A stretch of 63,491 nt of DNA, the filler included, from Reclinomonas americana ATCC 50394 (taxonomy: Eukaryota): NCBI GenBank assembly GCA_048213135.1. It is 15 parts of 15 records of this genome, joined end to end, with 100 filler letters (N's around TTAATTAATTAA, not from the genome) between each part and the next. Parts side by side here need not be neighbours in the genome. Positions count along the whole stretch, not along the records: positions 20,820 to 23,990 come from AFZH01020456.1; positions 24,091 to 27,449 come from AFZH01020457.1; positions 27,550 to 32,457 come from AFZH01020458.1; positions 32,558 to 48,420 come from AFZH01020459.1; 11 more parts are not named here. The stretch is one strand, 5' to 3'. The position numbers and the translations under genes are program-made. Shown here in pieces: positions 21,201-35,439 of the stretch (within the stretch, counting starts at the first letter, position 1; each line of letters opens with the position of its first letter). Under the pieces are notes generated by a model, which was not told where the DNA came from, made no database searches, and saw nothing but the letters and a program-made list of their open reading frames with translations.

Positions 21201-24200
21201 GTGAGGAGAGCACTGTAGAGGAGAGACATAGAGAGAGAGACACGAAGTAGAGAATTGCCGTGACAGCACAGTTGAGAAGCTGAGCACCAAAGCATGAGAC
21301 TTGAGACCAGAAGAATCTTTCAGAAAAACTGGGAATGACACAAGAAGGCACAGTCATCCTGCTCAAGCGAGGAGGGAAATAGAAAGCAACGTCATCCGCT
21401 CCTGTCTCACCCCGCATCACTCACCAAAAGATAACACGCCGATTTGCTCGAATGATCCGCCCGACGTCCACGCTACACACAGCTTGTAGTCACCCACAGT
21501 GACACCGCTAGTGGGCAGCGTGACCTGAATGCTTCCGGTCGACAGCGAGGCTGCCAGCGGTGACAATGACCGCGAGCCATTTAAATCGCTGCACGCGCCG
21601 CTCGTCATGGCCATTCCGTCGCCGAGTGTCGGGTCAGGCAGGTTGCATCTACAACAGTGCGCCGTCAGTAATTGGACAGAAAAGGGAGGACGGACAGAGA
21701 GAAAGAATGGAGCATGTGACACACCCATCCAGTCGCAATGTCACACTTCCCGTGTCCGGCAAGAATGTGGTGTGGCTCATCCACGTCACGTAGGCTGTGC
21801 GCACAGGGAGAGAGAAAGAGAGAGAGAGAAAGAGAGAAGAGAGAGAGAGAGTAGAAAAACAAAGAGAGAAAAAGAAAGAAAGAAAGAGAGAGAAGACAAA
21901 ACAACATGTCAGTGAATGGCATTGGATTCTAACGAACGACTTGTGGTACGAAACGAGAAGACGTCATGATACGGATTCGATGGTTGGCCGTGTCGGACAC
22001 GAGAACTCGGTTGCGCGACTGCCAGAGGAGACCGCCTGGAGCAAAGAGCATGGGATCGGAGGCGCTGAGGCCTTCGGTACCGCGAGTTGACATTGTGTCC
22101 ATGATTACTTGTGTCTCGTCGGCTGAAGAGGAATATATGAGAAGGGGCAAAACAGCAGCAATAAAAGCCAAGACATCATAACGCACCAGCGTAGAGCCAC
22201 ACAGTGTTGCTGAGCTGTTCACGAGAAGCGACGAAAGGGAAGTGAGCTATTGAAATCAAAGGAGAAGACATGTGGGGTCACCAACCGGCGCGGCCACGAG
22301 GACGCCACCAAAGTCATCCGCTTTGTTCCACAAGGTGGCCACATCGGACAACTACGAGAGGCACAGCGAGTGTCAAGAGGACGACTGGGAGGTGAGGGAG
22401 AGCGGTAAAATGACTCACGGGATTCGGGAACGAGTGGAGCGTGGTGATGAATCCCGGAGGACTCTCTGCGAGGTAGGTGCGATGAGAACGGTAGAAACGC
22501 AGACAGCAGTGAGTGAGATAAACGCACGGGTAATGGGGTCGCGGTACTGCAGATAGCGCAGCGATGAACTGTCGGTGGTGACGTACGACAAGAAATACGG
22601 TGCCATGGGTGCGATAGGACCCAGGGTGGAGAACGAGCCCGCGTAGCGCGAGAGACCGTCTTGCTGCCGACTGACACCGTCGCCATAGTAGCTTTGCGCT
22701 TGCACTGCGGAGGGGGGAGGAGAGTGAGAAGCAACTTGACGTGAAGCAAGTGACTGACAACGCACTATTTTGCAAGTTCACTTGGTAGACGACATGATGG
22801 GAGATCTGTGACACGCAAACCGCGATGAGCACCACCTCGACATGTGACAGAAAGGGAAAATGCAGGACTTACCGATGTGACGTACGCATAGCTCGTGCCC
22901 GAAATGAACGAGATGCCGACAATCGTGCCCATTGAATTATCACCGCCACCGGAATCCACTGTTCTCCTCGTGGTCACCGTACCTGTGTCGGTGGGGGCGC
23001 AGTGAGTCGTGATTGCAGGAGAGAGATCAAGACAATGAACATCTTACCAGCGGAGATGTCGACCTTTCGCAGCTGTCCCACACCCTGTTGCAAGAAAAGG
23101 ATAAATAAATATTATGACAGCACACATCTTCTTCACACGCACACTCACACAAATTCACGCACATGCACACATAACACGCACACAGATACAAAGATGTATC
23201 TTTCTCTCTGTCATACACACACAACACACACACGCACTCACTCTCTCTCAGTCTCTCTCACACACATATACACGCACTCTCTCTCTCACACACCTGGTCA
23301 GCAACCCACAGCTCGCTCTGTGCAACTGGAGAGAATGCGAGGCCCTTGGGGATGCCAAACAAAGCCTCCAGGCGGGGACCTGAGAATGTTAAAGGAGACT
23401 GAGTGAGTACATGCAGGCTCCGCAGGAGAATCGACATCTCCTTTTTGACGCACCATCGGCGGAACCCTGCAGCTGTGGAATGCCGGCATACAGCTCAATC
23501 ATGGACTCGGTGGTCAGGCGGCGAATGGTGCGCCCAGTGGGTTCGCTAAAGTATATGTTGCCGTAGGTATCCGTCGTCATCATCGACGGATCTTGCAACA
23601 TGGCCAGCGGTGCGTACCCGTCGGCCACCGCGTCGTCACTGGTGGACACGATAATCAATACCGAGGTGGTGACAGAAGAGAGCGAGGACAAGTGTACTCA
23701 CCCGATACCGGCGAGGACGCAGGAGGTGACCGAGGTCATGGAAAGCGTGCCCACGGAGGTGTAGGACTCGAAAGTGTTGAATCGCACACACAGCACGTAC
23801 GATGGGTTCGTCATGGAAGTGGTATCCACGACCAGCGTGTACGAAGTAGGGCCGCTGCACAGGGAGGGTGATGTGAGTGGGGGAGGAGAGGGGGGGAGAG
23901 AAGGGGGAAGAGAAGGGGGAAGAGAAAGGGGAAGGAGAGGGGAAGAGAGGGAGAGAGGGAGAGAGGGAGAGAGGGAGAGAGGGAGAGAGGNNNNNNNNNN
24001 NNNNNNNNNNNNNNNNNNNNNNNNNNNNNNNNNNTTAATTAATTAANNNNNNNNNNNNNNNNNNNNNNNNNNNNNNNNNNNNNNNNNNNNGAGATGGGGG
24101 GAAGAAAGGGGGAAGAGAGAGACAAAAAGGGAGGCAGAGGGGAGAGGGGAGAGAGAGTGAGAAGAGAAGGAATAGAGAGAGAGGCAGAGAGACAGAAAGA

Positions 24201-27200
24201 GAGAGAGGAGAGAGAAAATGAGCGAAACTGCGAGAAAGAGTCCAACAGAGAAAGAGAGAGAGGACTGAAGAAAAACGAAACTTGAAGCGCGGGGACGGAG
24301 TGGCGATCACGCTGCCGCTGCAAGACGTGTCGACAATGACAAAAGGCGCGACGAAGGAATTGCCGAGATTTGACAACTCGGTGCCTGTCAATTTCAGAAT
24401 CTCTATTGTGCGACCCGATACGAGCTCCGCGCTGACCGTCGTGAAATCGCCTGCAAACACGCAACGAATGAGCGAAACAGGACACTTAGAATATCTCGCG
24501 CACGTGCGTGCAGCTGACCAGCCGATAATACTCCCGCCAGCATGTAGAACAGCGAGTCGGTTGTGTACCGCGCGCACAGGTAGTACCTGTCATCTTCCAT
24601 GAGCAACACACAACGACCAAAACCATGAGAGTGAGGCGCAACTTTCCAGCAGACGGCGACCCACTCAGAGTGAGAACATGAGTCGCCCCGGGGGCAGTCG
24701 ACACTGGCGTCAGGGTGGGATTCGCGAGGAACGTTCCCGACTCGCATGTGGTGGAGGAGGCGATGGCGTATCGCGCTCCGTTGGTGGTGTCGCTCATGTC
24801 GGGCATCGAGCAGCCGTTAATGTTGAGAGTGATGGTGCCGACTTGTGAGGCGCGGAAGGTGTTTGGCGAAATGTACATGACGGCGGGGCCCACCTGCGAA
24901 AAGGGGGAAGGGGGGATGAGGGAAGGGACGGGAAAGGGGAAGATGAGGGAAAGGGGAAAGGGGAGAAAAAGGAAAGGAGACAGAGGAGAGAACGAGAAAA
25001 ATGAGGAGAAAATAGCATGGGGAGAGGAGAAGGACGAAGATAACGAGAGGGAGGAGAGTAAGAGGGATAAATAAAGGGGAAACAACAGTGTGGAGTAAGG
25101 AGCTTGAGAAGGAGAGGAAAGAAGTAAAGCAAAAGAAAAGAAAGAAGAAACAAGAGAGAGAGAAGAGAAGAAGCAAGTCAGTGAAGCATTCTCTGTGTGT
25201 GTAAACGTACCGAGACGAATCGCACACCGAATTGAGTTGAGTCGTACATCAGCAGCGCTCCCGTGGCGTTGTGTCGTGAAATGGACTGCGTTACGGGTCA
25301 GACGTGCACTACATACGCGTGGATGCTCGGAGACACACACACCGAAATGGACTGGAAGCGCGCAACCGAGTACGCTCCATCGGTGTATGCGCTGTTGCCG
25401 AACGAGCCAATGTACGACATGTAACCCGAATGATCGGTGGAGATTACTTGGGCAAATGAGTTTGTCTGCGCAACCAGTCGTTGAGCGCAGGGAGAATACA
25501 AGGTAGTGCAATAATGGGAGTGCGCACCTCATCGCCAATTACCAAGTCGCCTGTGGTCATCAATGCAAGACCTCGACCTGCATGCAGTGAGGTGAAAAAA
25601 AGGAACGAACATGTACATCACTGAAACTTTCACGAAACTCGCAGTAAACAGATCGGCACCCATATCACAGGTCACAGTAGGAACACACGGGGTGAAGGTA
25701 CCAGGAGTACTCGTTTGCCCGGCCAGCACCGTCCAGGCGTTGGAGATGTACTTGAGTAATCTCCCGGTGGCTGAGGCGGGAGACAAGGGACAAGGGATTA
25801 AGTGGAGAAGGAGGTGGAAACAGGGAGTGAAAAATGAGGCCAATGAGTGAACGGCGAGAAGAGCGGAGGGAGACACAAAGTGGACAATTGCAGCAGACGA
25901 GCAATGTGAGGAGATTGGCAGGGCAATGGAGAAGAAACGGAGTCGGAGAAGAATAGAAACAGAGGAGACGAGGGTGAGGAAGAGTAAGAGAAAGAGAAAG
26001 AGTTGATTAATGAGTCGGAGAGGAAGAGAACAAGACGGATAGAGAGAAGGAAGGGGTAGAAGGAGAGAGAGGAGGAAGGTAGGGTCAGGAAGGGAGAGAG
26101 AGAAAGAGAGTAAGAAGAAGAAAGGTGGCTGAGGACTGAGACTGACGGGAAGAGAAGAAGACGGGGAGTGAGAGAGGGAACGGCAACATAGAAGGAGTTG
26201 AGGACTGACTGAAGGGAGTAGGAATACAGAAAGAGAGAGAAAAGTAAGAAGAAGAGAAGGAGCTAAACTGAGACTGAGAAGGAGAGAGAGAGAGAGGGAA
26301 CGGCAAGAAGTGAGACAAACCCGAAGAAAGAAACGCTGGGGGAGAAGCGCAAGTAAGTGAAAGTAGAGAAGGACAGGCACAGCCACAGAATAAACAGGAA
26401 GTTCGTTCAGCATTCCTGCACACTCACATAGGTCGACCGTGTACAGCGCGTATCCGGCAGAAACCTTGCGAACCACCATTTCTGCTCCACACGGGTAAGA
26501 GACGCGCGCGCAAGGCAAAATCACAAAATTGAACGTACGCAACGAGAGAACTCGGGTGTTACTACACCAGGCGGCGTCGGCAGCGTTTGCACCTGGCCGT
26601 CGGTGTTGGACCAGTCGGCGAAGCGAATCACAGACGTTGATCCTTGCCTGTCGTGAATGTAGAGCGTACTCGAGGCTTCGTTGACGGCGATTTGTCTAAT
26701 TTCCGTAAACGAGGATTGGGTGAGTCGACCGTCTGCGGTGCCCGAACTGCCGGTGCCAATCAATGTGCTCGTGAATCCCGTTGTCAGATCCACGGCACGC
26801 ACACGGAAGTTGTTCTGCGAGAGGGGAGGAGAGGGAGAAAGAGAGTGAGTAACTCAGGCAGGGTGATTGGCAGGGCAAGATACGTACCGCATCGGCAATG
26901 AGCAGCACTTGGCGCACGTTGCTAATGGCCATGCCGCGGATGGTGTTGAAGCGGGCGTCCTGCGTGGGAGGGAAGGGTAATGGTGAAGCACAACAAGGAG
27001 AGGGAGAAAGGGAGAGGGAGGGGTGAGAGAGAAAGAGAGAAAATGGAGAGGAGCAGGAGAGTGTAGTGCGTGGGTGCGAGACGGCAGCCTGAGAGAGCGA
27101 AACAGAAGAAAGAACAGATAAAGACAACGACGGAAAGACAAGATGATGACGAAGATGAAGGAGGTATCAAGAGACAAGAGTACTACTGAGAGAACGCGAA

Positions 27201-27378
27201 TGAGGAGGGGCACACAGTGCAACGAGCACAACACGAGATGAGAAACGGGAGACGGAGAGAGACGGGGGGGGGGGGAGAAAGGGGACAGAGAGGAAAGAGG
27301 GTTGACAAAACACCATTCAAGAAGCAAAAACGACCAATAGTCCTGCGCAGCAACACGAACCACGGGAGATGCCAAAGG

Positions 27379-27419
<41 letters not shown>

Positions 27420-28230
27420 ACGGAGGAACAAAGAAGGAACGACCAACTANNNNNNNNNNNNNNNNNNNNNNNNNNNNNNNNNNNNNNNNNNNNTTAATTA
27501 ATTAANNNNNNNNNNNNNNNNNNNNNNNNNNNNNNNNNNNNNNNNNNNNGGCAGTGCGAGGTTGGAAGGGGGAGGAGAGGGCGACGGGGGCCTGGGTGGA
27601 GGGGAAAGGGGAGAGAGGAGAAGGGTGGTTGGAAGGGAGACGAAGAGGAAAGGAGAGAGGGTGGGAGGGTGAGTGAGTGAGCGAGTGAGTGAGTGAGTGA
27701 GTGATGAGAGAGGGAGGGAAAGGGAGGAAGGAAGAAGGAAGGAGAGTGGGCGAGTGAGGGAGTGAATGAGTGAGTGAGTGAGTGAGTGAGCGTGTTGTCT
27801 GTGTAAGAGAAAGTGAGGGAGGGGGAAGGAGAAGAGGAAGAGGAAGAAGGGAGGGAAGGGCAGGGAGTGAGTGAGTGAGAGTGAGTGAGTGTGTGTGTGT
27901 GTGTGTGAGTGAGTGAGTGAGTGAGTGAGTGAGTGAGTGAGTGAGTGAGTGAGTGTGTGTGAGAGAGAGAGAGAGAGTGAGTAAGTGAGTGAGTGAGTGA
28001 GTGAGTTTGTGAGTGAGGGAGTGTGAGAGTGAGTGAGTGAGTGAGTGAGTGAGAGTGAGAGAAAGAAGAGTGCAAGAGTGAGTAAGAGAGTGAGTGAGAG
28101 AGTGAGTGTGTGAGTAAGAATGTGAGTGAGTGTGTGTGAGAGAGACTGTTGTGTTAGTGTGAGAAGTGAGAGAGTGAGAGTGTGTGACTTTTTCACGCGT
28201 TCGTTCACACACTCTCTCTCACACACTCTC

Positions 28231-28268
<38 letters not shown>

Positions 28269-28435
28269 ACTCTCTCTCCACTCTCCCTTCTCATGTGATA
28301 TCCCCCCCGCGCTCATGACACCCTCATTTCATGCCACTTTCCTCCCTCTTTCATGCCACTCACCATCGACACCATCAGCGTCATTAATATCACCAACACT
28401 GCGCATAGCCACACACACTGTTCCCTTGTTTTCAT
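18219..28435 (-). CDS. Secreted/surface protein with NHL-repeat beta-propellers alternating with Cys-containing Ig/IPT-like domains
   Basis: Signal-peptide-like MKTREQCVWLCAVLVILMTLMVSMVSG (ATG 28435). NHL motifs: DARFNTIRGMAI..LLIADA, LQDPSMMTTDTYGNIYFSE..IRRL, VLVSDTANHRIR, LSTPYAVAVDTWDYMYVSD. Five beta-rich units end in G/DxYxLCxxW/F..GxLxF. Confidence 0.75.
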
Positions 28436-28859
28436 AGTTATATAAAAGAAAGAGACAGAGAGAGACTTTGTTTGTGTCTGACTCTGTCTGTTAATCAATC
28501 ACAGCTGCAAACAAAGAGAGACTGTTATATGTGTGTATGTCACTCTGTTACTCTTTTGTGTGAGTGCGTTTGCGCGTTGTGTTTCGTGTGTGTTTTGATG
28601 ATTATGAGTCACTGCGTGTCCGGTTTGTGAAGTGGGACCGCTTTTTTTTGCTTTCGGTTTGAGTGTCCGACTTAATTTGTTTGTTTGCGTGTGAGAGAGT
28701 GAGAGTGAGCTGCAGATGGCTGCATGAGCGTCGCGTTGTTTTCTTTGGCGCTTGCATTCGCGGGCGGACACGCATCAATGCAAAACAGGACACGATTTCG
28801 TGGAAGGGCGGCTGTTGCTTCGTGTTGGTTGGCGGAGTAGTAGGCGACTTGATTTCTAG

Positions 28860-29500
28860 TTTGCAGAAGCGAGCCGATGAGGAGAGTCATGGCGTCATCG
28901 ACTTCGATATTGCGTTCAAATTCGCTGCTCCTCTTCCATTGCAGCTGCCTCGTCTCTTTTACCACATGCAGAGTACGGACCAGGTGGCCTACTCACCAGG
29001 GAGAGGAAGCCTGCAGAAGCAAACCGAGAAGGAGGGCCGCGGTGGTACAAACTTCGACATTTGTTCAAATTCGCTGCTTGTATTCCACTGCAGCTGCCTC
29101 GTCTCTTTTACCACCTGCAGCGTACGCACGCGGCAGTGAATTCTCCAAGGAGTGGAAGTCCGCAGAACCAAACCGAGAAGGAGAGGCACGATGTCCTCGA
29201 CTTCGAATCCTGTTCGAAACTGGTGCACACCGTTTCTTGGCTGCTGCTGTGTTTGTTTCCACCTGCAAGCACGGACCAAGTGGCCTACTCACCAGGGAGA
29301 GGAAGCCTGCAGCAAAAACCGAGAAGGAGAGTCATGGCGTAGTCGACTTCGATATTGTGTTCAAATTCGCTGCTCCTCTTCCACTGCAGCTGCTGAGTCT
29401 TGTTTTTCACCTGCAGAGTACGGATCAAGTGACTTGTTCTTCCAGTGAGAGGAGGCCTGCAACAACGAGTCGACAAGGAGTGAGACTTCAAAATTCGACG
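28860..29500. repeat. Intergenic ~150-bp tandem repeat, about 4 diverged copies
   Basis: Recurring gaaggagagtcatggcgt..cgacttcgatattg.gttcaaattcgctgctcctcttcca.tgcagctgc..acggacca.gtggcctactcaccagggagaggaagcctgcag. Confidence 0.85.
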
Positions 29501-29963
29501 GTTTCTGGATACCGTTTCCTTTCCAGCGCCCAGCTGCCACCTTGCTTCGCCATGAACCTTGCACCTTCTGGAAAGTCGATCGCCTTCACGCGTCTACCAT
29601 TGTGCCCTCTACCCTCGCCAGTGAACCCGTCACTGGTGACCCAATAGCCCTCTCAGACGACGTCAATGACCAGAAGAGGTCCAGCTCCATCAACCAAATG
29701 TCAGCAAGCAACGCTGATCAGCTGACGCGGCGGCAAGCAACGCAAAGTTTCCAGATGTCCAAAGACCGCTGCATTTTTTCGGTTCCCGCAACTCCTTCAC
29801 GAGTATCGCGGCGACGGTCCCATTCGAGACCCACTCAATACTCTCTCACCCTCCACCTCCGCCCCCTCTTCCCATTCTTCTTTCCCTTCATTCCCCTCTC
29901 GCACCTTTCGCAAACAAACAAACATTATCTCCGACGACGACGACGACAACACCAAAATCCACG

Positions 29964-32900
29964 TCACAAGGCGTCCAACACCTGCAACTGAATGTGTCGT
30001 CCCGCTCTCTGTGTTCGTATTACCACCGCGAATTGCGACACAGCGGCCACCACCATGCCGACGGCGATCAGCAGGAACACGAGCTGACTTCGCAAGTCGC
30101 CAATCTGTCGCGAGAGATGAGTCACGAACCAGGAGCGGAAATCGAGGGACAGAGACGCAACTCTGAGCAGCACAAGAATAACCAGCATGTTGAGAATGAT
30201 GCGGAAGCAGTTGATCAGCGTCGAGTGCACATCGTCGGGGAAGATCTCGCTGCGCTGCGTTCCCGCCGCCGGCCAGAAGAGACCGACGCATACCTCGAAC
30301 ACCAGGAACGACAAGTACAGGGCGTAGATGTTCTGTGCGTCGCCACCGTCGGTGAGTGCAAAGGACAAAATCTCCCTCTCCACTTCCACTTATACCTGTG
30401 AAAACACCGGCACCAGCATTGACACCGACGCCGCAATGAGGGTGTACAGCAGGATGCGGTCGGGCTTGTACTGCCGGCTCCACAGCTTGAAGAGCGTCGA
30501 GCCAATCATGCAGCACACCATGAATGTGGAGAAGATGATGCCGTGGTTCAGCTCGCCATCGTCGAACTCCTCCAGCGCCGGCGTCCACATGAACACAAAG
30601 ATGAACATGCCGCCTTCGAAGATGCCAGAGGCGAGGCCGAGGAGGACGATCCGCACGTCTGCGATAAGGGGAAGGATGAGAGAGAAGGAGAAGGGGGAGA
30701 AGGGGGAGAAGGGAGAGAAGGAGGGAGAAGGGGGAGATGGGAGGAAGGAGGGAGAAGGGGAAGGAAGGATAAGGGGGAAGGGAGAGAAGAGGAGAGTGAG
30801 AAAGGAGGGATAAGGAGACATGAAGACAAGGGGGGAAAGGGGAAGTTTCAGCTTCTGAGTGCGGAGGCGTATGAAGAAGTACGTGCAGTTTAACTCCCAC
30901 TCTCTCGCGCTCTCTTCTCTTCTCATCTCTTCTTTCTCAGGTTGAGCTGAAGTTTCAACTTCCTGGCGTGTGAAGAAGTGCATGCGGTTCAACTCCCAAG
31001 TCTCTCACACTCTCGCGCTTTCTTCTCTTCTCATCTCTTCTTTCTCAGGTTGAATTGAATCTTCGGCTTCTGGGTGCGGAGGCGTGTGAACCAAATGCCA
31101 CGGCTTGAGCATGTAGACTCTCGCTCTCTCTCTCTCTCTCGCGCTCTCTTCTCTTATTTTTCAGGTTGAGTTGAAGTTTCATCTTCTGAGTGCGGAGGCG
31201 TACGAACAAGCACGTGCCGTTCAACTCCCACTCTCTCGCGCTCTCTCGCGCTCGCCTCTCTTCTCATCTTTTCTTTCTCACGTTGAGTTGACTCTTCGGC
31301 TTCGGGATGCGATGGCGCACGAACCAAATCCCACGACTTGAACGGTTAGACTCTGTCGCCCTTTCTCTCTCTTCTCGCGTTTTCTACTCTCTCTCTCTAT
31401 ATCTCACTCTTTCTCTCTCTTCACGCATTTCACTCTCTCTCTCTCTCTTTCACTCCTATTCTCACTTCCTCCCTTTCTTTTCCTCTTTCCCCGATTCCCC
31501 TCTTCGCACTCACCCGCGCGAAACGCATCGACGACCTTCTTGATCAACTGCCTGGCGTTGTTATTCGTCTGCCCGTAGTTCTCCGGCCACGATGCAGTCA
31601 ACACGAGACCGGCCGCCGCCAGCACCACCAGCGACAGGTCAAAGGGCGCGACGGGGCCTGGTGAGCCGCACAAGATCAGCATCGCTTCTCACGACGTAAG
31701 AAGAGTGGAAACTCTCGCGCACCAAACCACTCCTTGAAAAAGTAGGCCACGATGCCAGCCACAATTGCCACGACGCCGTTGCCAAAGGCGCCGTATGAGA
31801 ACGTGGACACCAGTTGCTTGTTGGTGAAGCCGCGCTGCAACAATGCGGTGAGAGAGCGAGCAAGAGAATGGGAGACACCTTCCCCCTTGTGCGCACCAAA
31901 TGATGCTCGTGCACCATCCACGTCTCAAACGCCGAGTACAGCAGCGACGTGGCCGTGCCGCCGGCGATGCGACCAATCATCAGCACAGTGAAGCTGCTGA
32001 AATGCTTCGTCACACACGCAAAGCCGTAGATGCAACAGTATGCCACGCAGCCGAATCGACGGCCCCTGCAGCGGTGGCGGGAGTGAGCAGGGCGGGAGGA
32101 AGACGGAAGCTGGGAATGCACGCAACATGACGTCCACCAGCGTGCCCGCCACCGTGCCCAGCAGCATGCTGCTGCCAAAGCCGGCGATGAAGAGCGCGCC
32201 GATCTCGCCTCGTGAGAATCCGTAGAGCTTGTACAGATCGTACACGTAGGGACCTTGCAGCCAGTCGCCGCCTGCAAGACAGAGGGGAAGTGAGCGCCGG
32301 AGAGAGGGAGACGGGAGATGGGGTGAGCAGTGTTGCTCTCTCTTCACTGGATGTGACAAGTACCAGTTCTCTTGACCTCCAAGCCGAAGGGCACGTGGCC
32401 GCCCCTCTCTGTCCCTCTCCCTCTCTCCCCCCCTCCCTCTCTCCCTCCCTCCCTCTCNNNNNNNNNNNNNNNNNNNNNNNNNNNNNNNNNNNNNNNNNNN
32501 NTTAATTAATTAANNNNNNNNNNNNNNNNNNNNNNNNNNNNNNNNNNNNNNNNNNNNACCAGTGTCGGCGGCACACGCCGAGTAGTATGATGAAGATGGC
32601 CACGTACATTCTCCCTCGTCTGCTGTACCGTACATCCGCCTTGGTCCGTACAGCAGCAACGCCGAACGGGACGACCGTCGGCCGCCCCTCCTCTCGTCCC
32701 TCCTCCCTCCTCTCCCCCCTCCCCTCCTCTCCCTCCCTCCCTCCTCTCTCTCTCTCTGCGAGAAGAATCCAATCCTCAAGGGCCTGCTCTCTGAATCCCG
32801 AACTCTCTCGCTCACGAAGCATTTCCAACAAGCCTCCCTTGCCGCATTGACCCTTCTTTCTCCACTTGGGTGACGGAGAGGAGAAGACAGAGAGGAGAAG

Positions 32901-34610
32901 ACAGGAAGGAGCGGACGAAGAACTTGTGCTTGCGGCAAGCGTGGAGGGCAGGTGATAAGCTCTTGTTCTCTCTCTCTCTCTCTCTCTGAATGTCACTCGC
33001 GATTCCTACTCAACAAAACTATCCGCCCACTCGACTCTTCCTGCTGTTGTTCACTCGGGAGACGGAAAGGGAAAGACGGAGAGGAGAAGGCAGAGGGAGA
33101 AGACAGAGAGGGGAAGACAGGAAGGAGCGGACGCAGAACTTGTGCTTGCGGCAAGCGTGGTGGGCAGGCGACAAGCTCTCTCTCTCTCTCTCTCTGAATG
33201 TCACTCACGGTTCCTCCTCAACAATACTATTTGCCCACTCGACCCTTGGTGTTGTTGTTCACTCGGAAGACAAAGACGGAGAGGAGAAGGCAGAGGGAGA
33301 AGACAGAGAGGAGAAGACAGGAAGGAGAGGACGCAGAATTTGTGCGTGCGGCAAGCGTGGTGGGCAGGTGATAAGCTCTTGTTCTCTCTCTCTCTGAATG
33401 TCACTCGCGATTCCTACTCAACAAAACTATCTGCCCACTCGACTCTGGTGTTGTTGTTCACCCGGGAGACGGAGAGGGAAACATGGAGAGGAGAAGGCAG
33501 AGAGGGACAGCTGACATACTCTCTCTCCCTCTTCCACTCGGTCTTGCTTCTCCAGCTCCACCTTTTTGCAACACATTCTCTCGCTCCAACTCTTCCTCTC
33601 TCGTTGAATGTACACTGTCTTCTTCCTCCCTCCCTCCTGCCACTCTCCAGTTCCTCCCTCCTCACCGCTTAGTCTCTCCCTCCTCTCCCTCCTCTCTCTC
33701 TCTCTCTCTCTCTCATTCCGTGAATGCAAGAAGCCTTCTGCGACTTGAGCCAAAGAGACGAGAGCAGAACTCTGTTTTCTCTCTCGCTCCCTGCTGACTA
33801 TGTCAACTTCCTTCCTCCTGAACGCTTCTTCTTCTTCTTCTTCTCTCTCATGCATGGAATGCAAGAAGCCCTCAGCGACAAGAAGGGCAGAACACTTTCG
33901 ATATCATCTTCTTCTTCGTTCGCATTCTCTGACCGCAGACAGCCTTCTGCTTGAATACCTAAGAGACAGCTGCTTTTCTCTATCTCCTGAACCCATGCTC
34001 CACTCACTCACTCTTGGCGGGAAGACAACCAAGATCCAAAACCCGAACACCGATCATTTTCTCAATTCCCTTTCCCCCCTTTGCCCCCTTTCCTTCCTCC
34101 TTCCCCCCCACATTACCACTCACCAAACGCCAACAAGAAGATGAGCAGATAGTTGAGCCGAAAATCCGCAAACGCCTTGTCCTGCGGATCGACGGTCGAA
34201 TGCCCGCCCGGCGCCGCCTCCAACACCACCAACTCAGCCGACGACGTTACGGCCGCCGCCGACGACGACGTTGACAATGACGTCCCACCGTTCGGCGTCC
34301 CAGTCGCGGCCGCGGGAGCAGCAGCGACAGTCGGCGATTCCCCAAAGCGACGCTTACTCGCGCTCGGTGACAATGGCGACGATGATGGTGTCAGTGATGA
34401 TGCCTTGGCGGGAGGCGCGAGTGTGGCGGTGCTCGCGGCGGCATTGGCCGAGGAAGGCGAGGCGAGTGGGAGTGGCTGAGGTGGAGGCGGTGAGGAGCGC
34501 AAGGCGGTGAATCCTTCGCGTCGCCGCGTGGCCGAGGCCTCCATGCGTTGCTGGTAGATCACCAGTGCGGCGCACACGCCGAGTAGTATGATGAAGATGG
34601 CCACGTACAT
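29964..34610 (-). CDS. MFSD5: Molybdate-anion transporter, MFS_5 (MFSD5/MOT2) family
   Basis: FRLNYLLIFLLAF|GDWLQGPYVYDLY..YGF..IGALFIAGFGSS, TSLLYSAFETWMVHEH, GPVAPFD, WPENYG, FEGGMFIFVFMWTPAL, HGIIFSTFM and FEVCVGLFWP. Confidence 0.93.
30850..31350. repeat. Intronic ~125-bp degenerate tandem repeat in MFSD5
   Basis: Recurring cttctgagtgcggaggcgt..gaa..tcaactccca.tctctcgcgct..tctcatctct..tttctcaggttgag. Confidence 0.75.
32860..33510. repeat. Intronic ~210-bp tandem repeat (about 3 copies) in MFSD5 intron 1
   Basis: Recurring gacggagaggagaag..gaagacaggaagga..gacgcagaa.ttgtgc.tgcggcaagcgtgg.gggcagg..aagctct..ctgaatgtcactc. Confidence 0.85.
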
Positions 34611-35439
34611 TCTCCCTGTGTGAGAGAAAACGAAGTGGAGGGCGGGTTCCCGCGCAGGACGTCGGCGACGCGTGTGGGTGGCGGCTTCCTTTTTTCTTTC
34701 TTTTCGCGGTTTTGGTGAGTGCTGAGGAGGGTGGTGCTTGTGGTGGTTCAGTGTATGTGTGGGGAGCGCGAGATTAATCAAAGGACAACATGATATTGTC
34801 GACGTCGATGAAAAGTGGAACTTCTCGCGCTCACCTCGCTGCATGCTACGTATCGCCAAGTAGCACGTAAGGCGCCCTGCACAAAGGCATGTGCTGTTCA
34901 TGGCCTTCCCTGTCATGATCCTTGACAATTTCGATTTCTGGTGAACGTCGGAATCAGAAAGCACTGCGCCAGCTGCGTCTCGATTGTTTTTCTCATGTTT
35001 TCAACTATAGCAAATGATGGAGAAGCAAACAGCGCTTGCAGAATTCGGCGTACTTGTCTCCACCGTGAGAGAAGCGACGAGCCGTGAAATTCTTGGAACG
35101 AGATTTCCGTCGCCGGCTCCTTGTAAGCCGTCTTGTAGCATGCTGTATATTGCCGAGTAGCGTACAATGTGCTGTACATGGTGGCAAGCACAGAAGCTGC
35201 TTGTTCCAGTCACCATCATCGACAGTTTCGATTTTGAACGAACTTCGGAGCATGTTCGCTCTCTGAAGCCGCGTCTCGTCAGCTCCGTGCACGTACTACC
35301 ACTTCAAAGGATGAAGAAGCGAATGCCACTTGCAGAATCCATTGTAGTGGTCTGCCTGTTGAGAAAAACGACGAGTCAAGCATTGCAGGAACAAATTTGA
35401 ATGCAATGACTGTATCGCCCTTCTCGCAACTCTCCGCGT

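Noticed and set aside
27494..28316. Long ORFs such as poly-HSLT, poly-ER, poly-CV and S/L/P/F-rich frames
   Set aside because: They are translations of intronic microsatellites and purine/pyrimidine tracts that lack stop codons.
28860..29500. CRISPR-like repeat-spacer array (also considered 36390-37220 and 39960-40520)
   Set aside because: Whole units are diverged copies with no unique spacers, there are no cas genes, and the context is eukaryotic.
32558..32680. Second copy of the MFSD5 start (MYVAIFIILLGVC) inside its own intron
   Set aside because: It abuts a contig end and is short and garbled, so it is most likely a chimeric or low-quality read end.
34900..35400. Short ORFs between the divergent MFSD5 and glycosyltransferase genes
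   Set aside because: Non-repetitive but with no recognisable homology; I cannot support a gene call.
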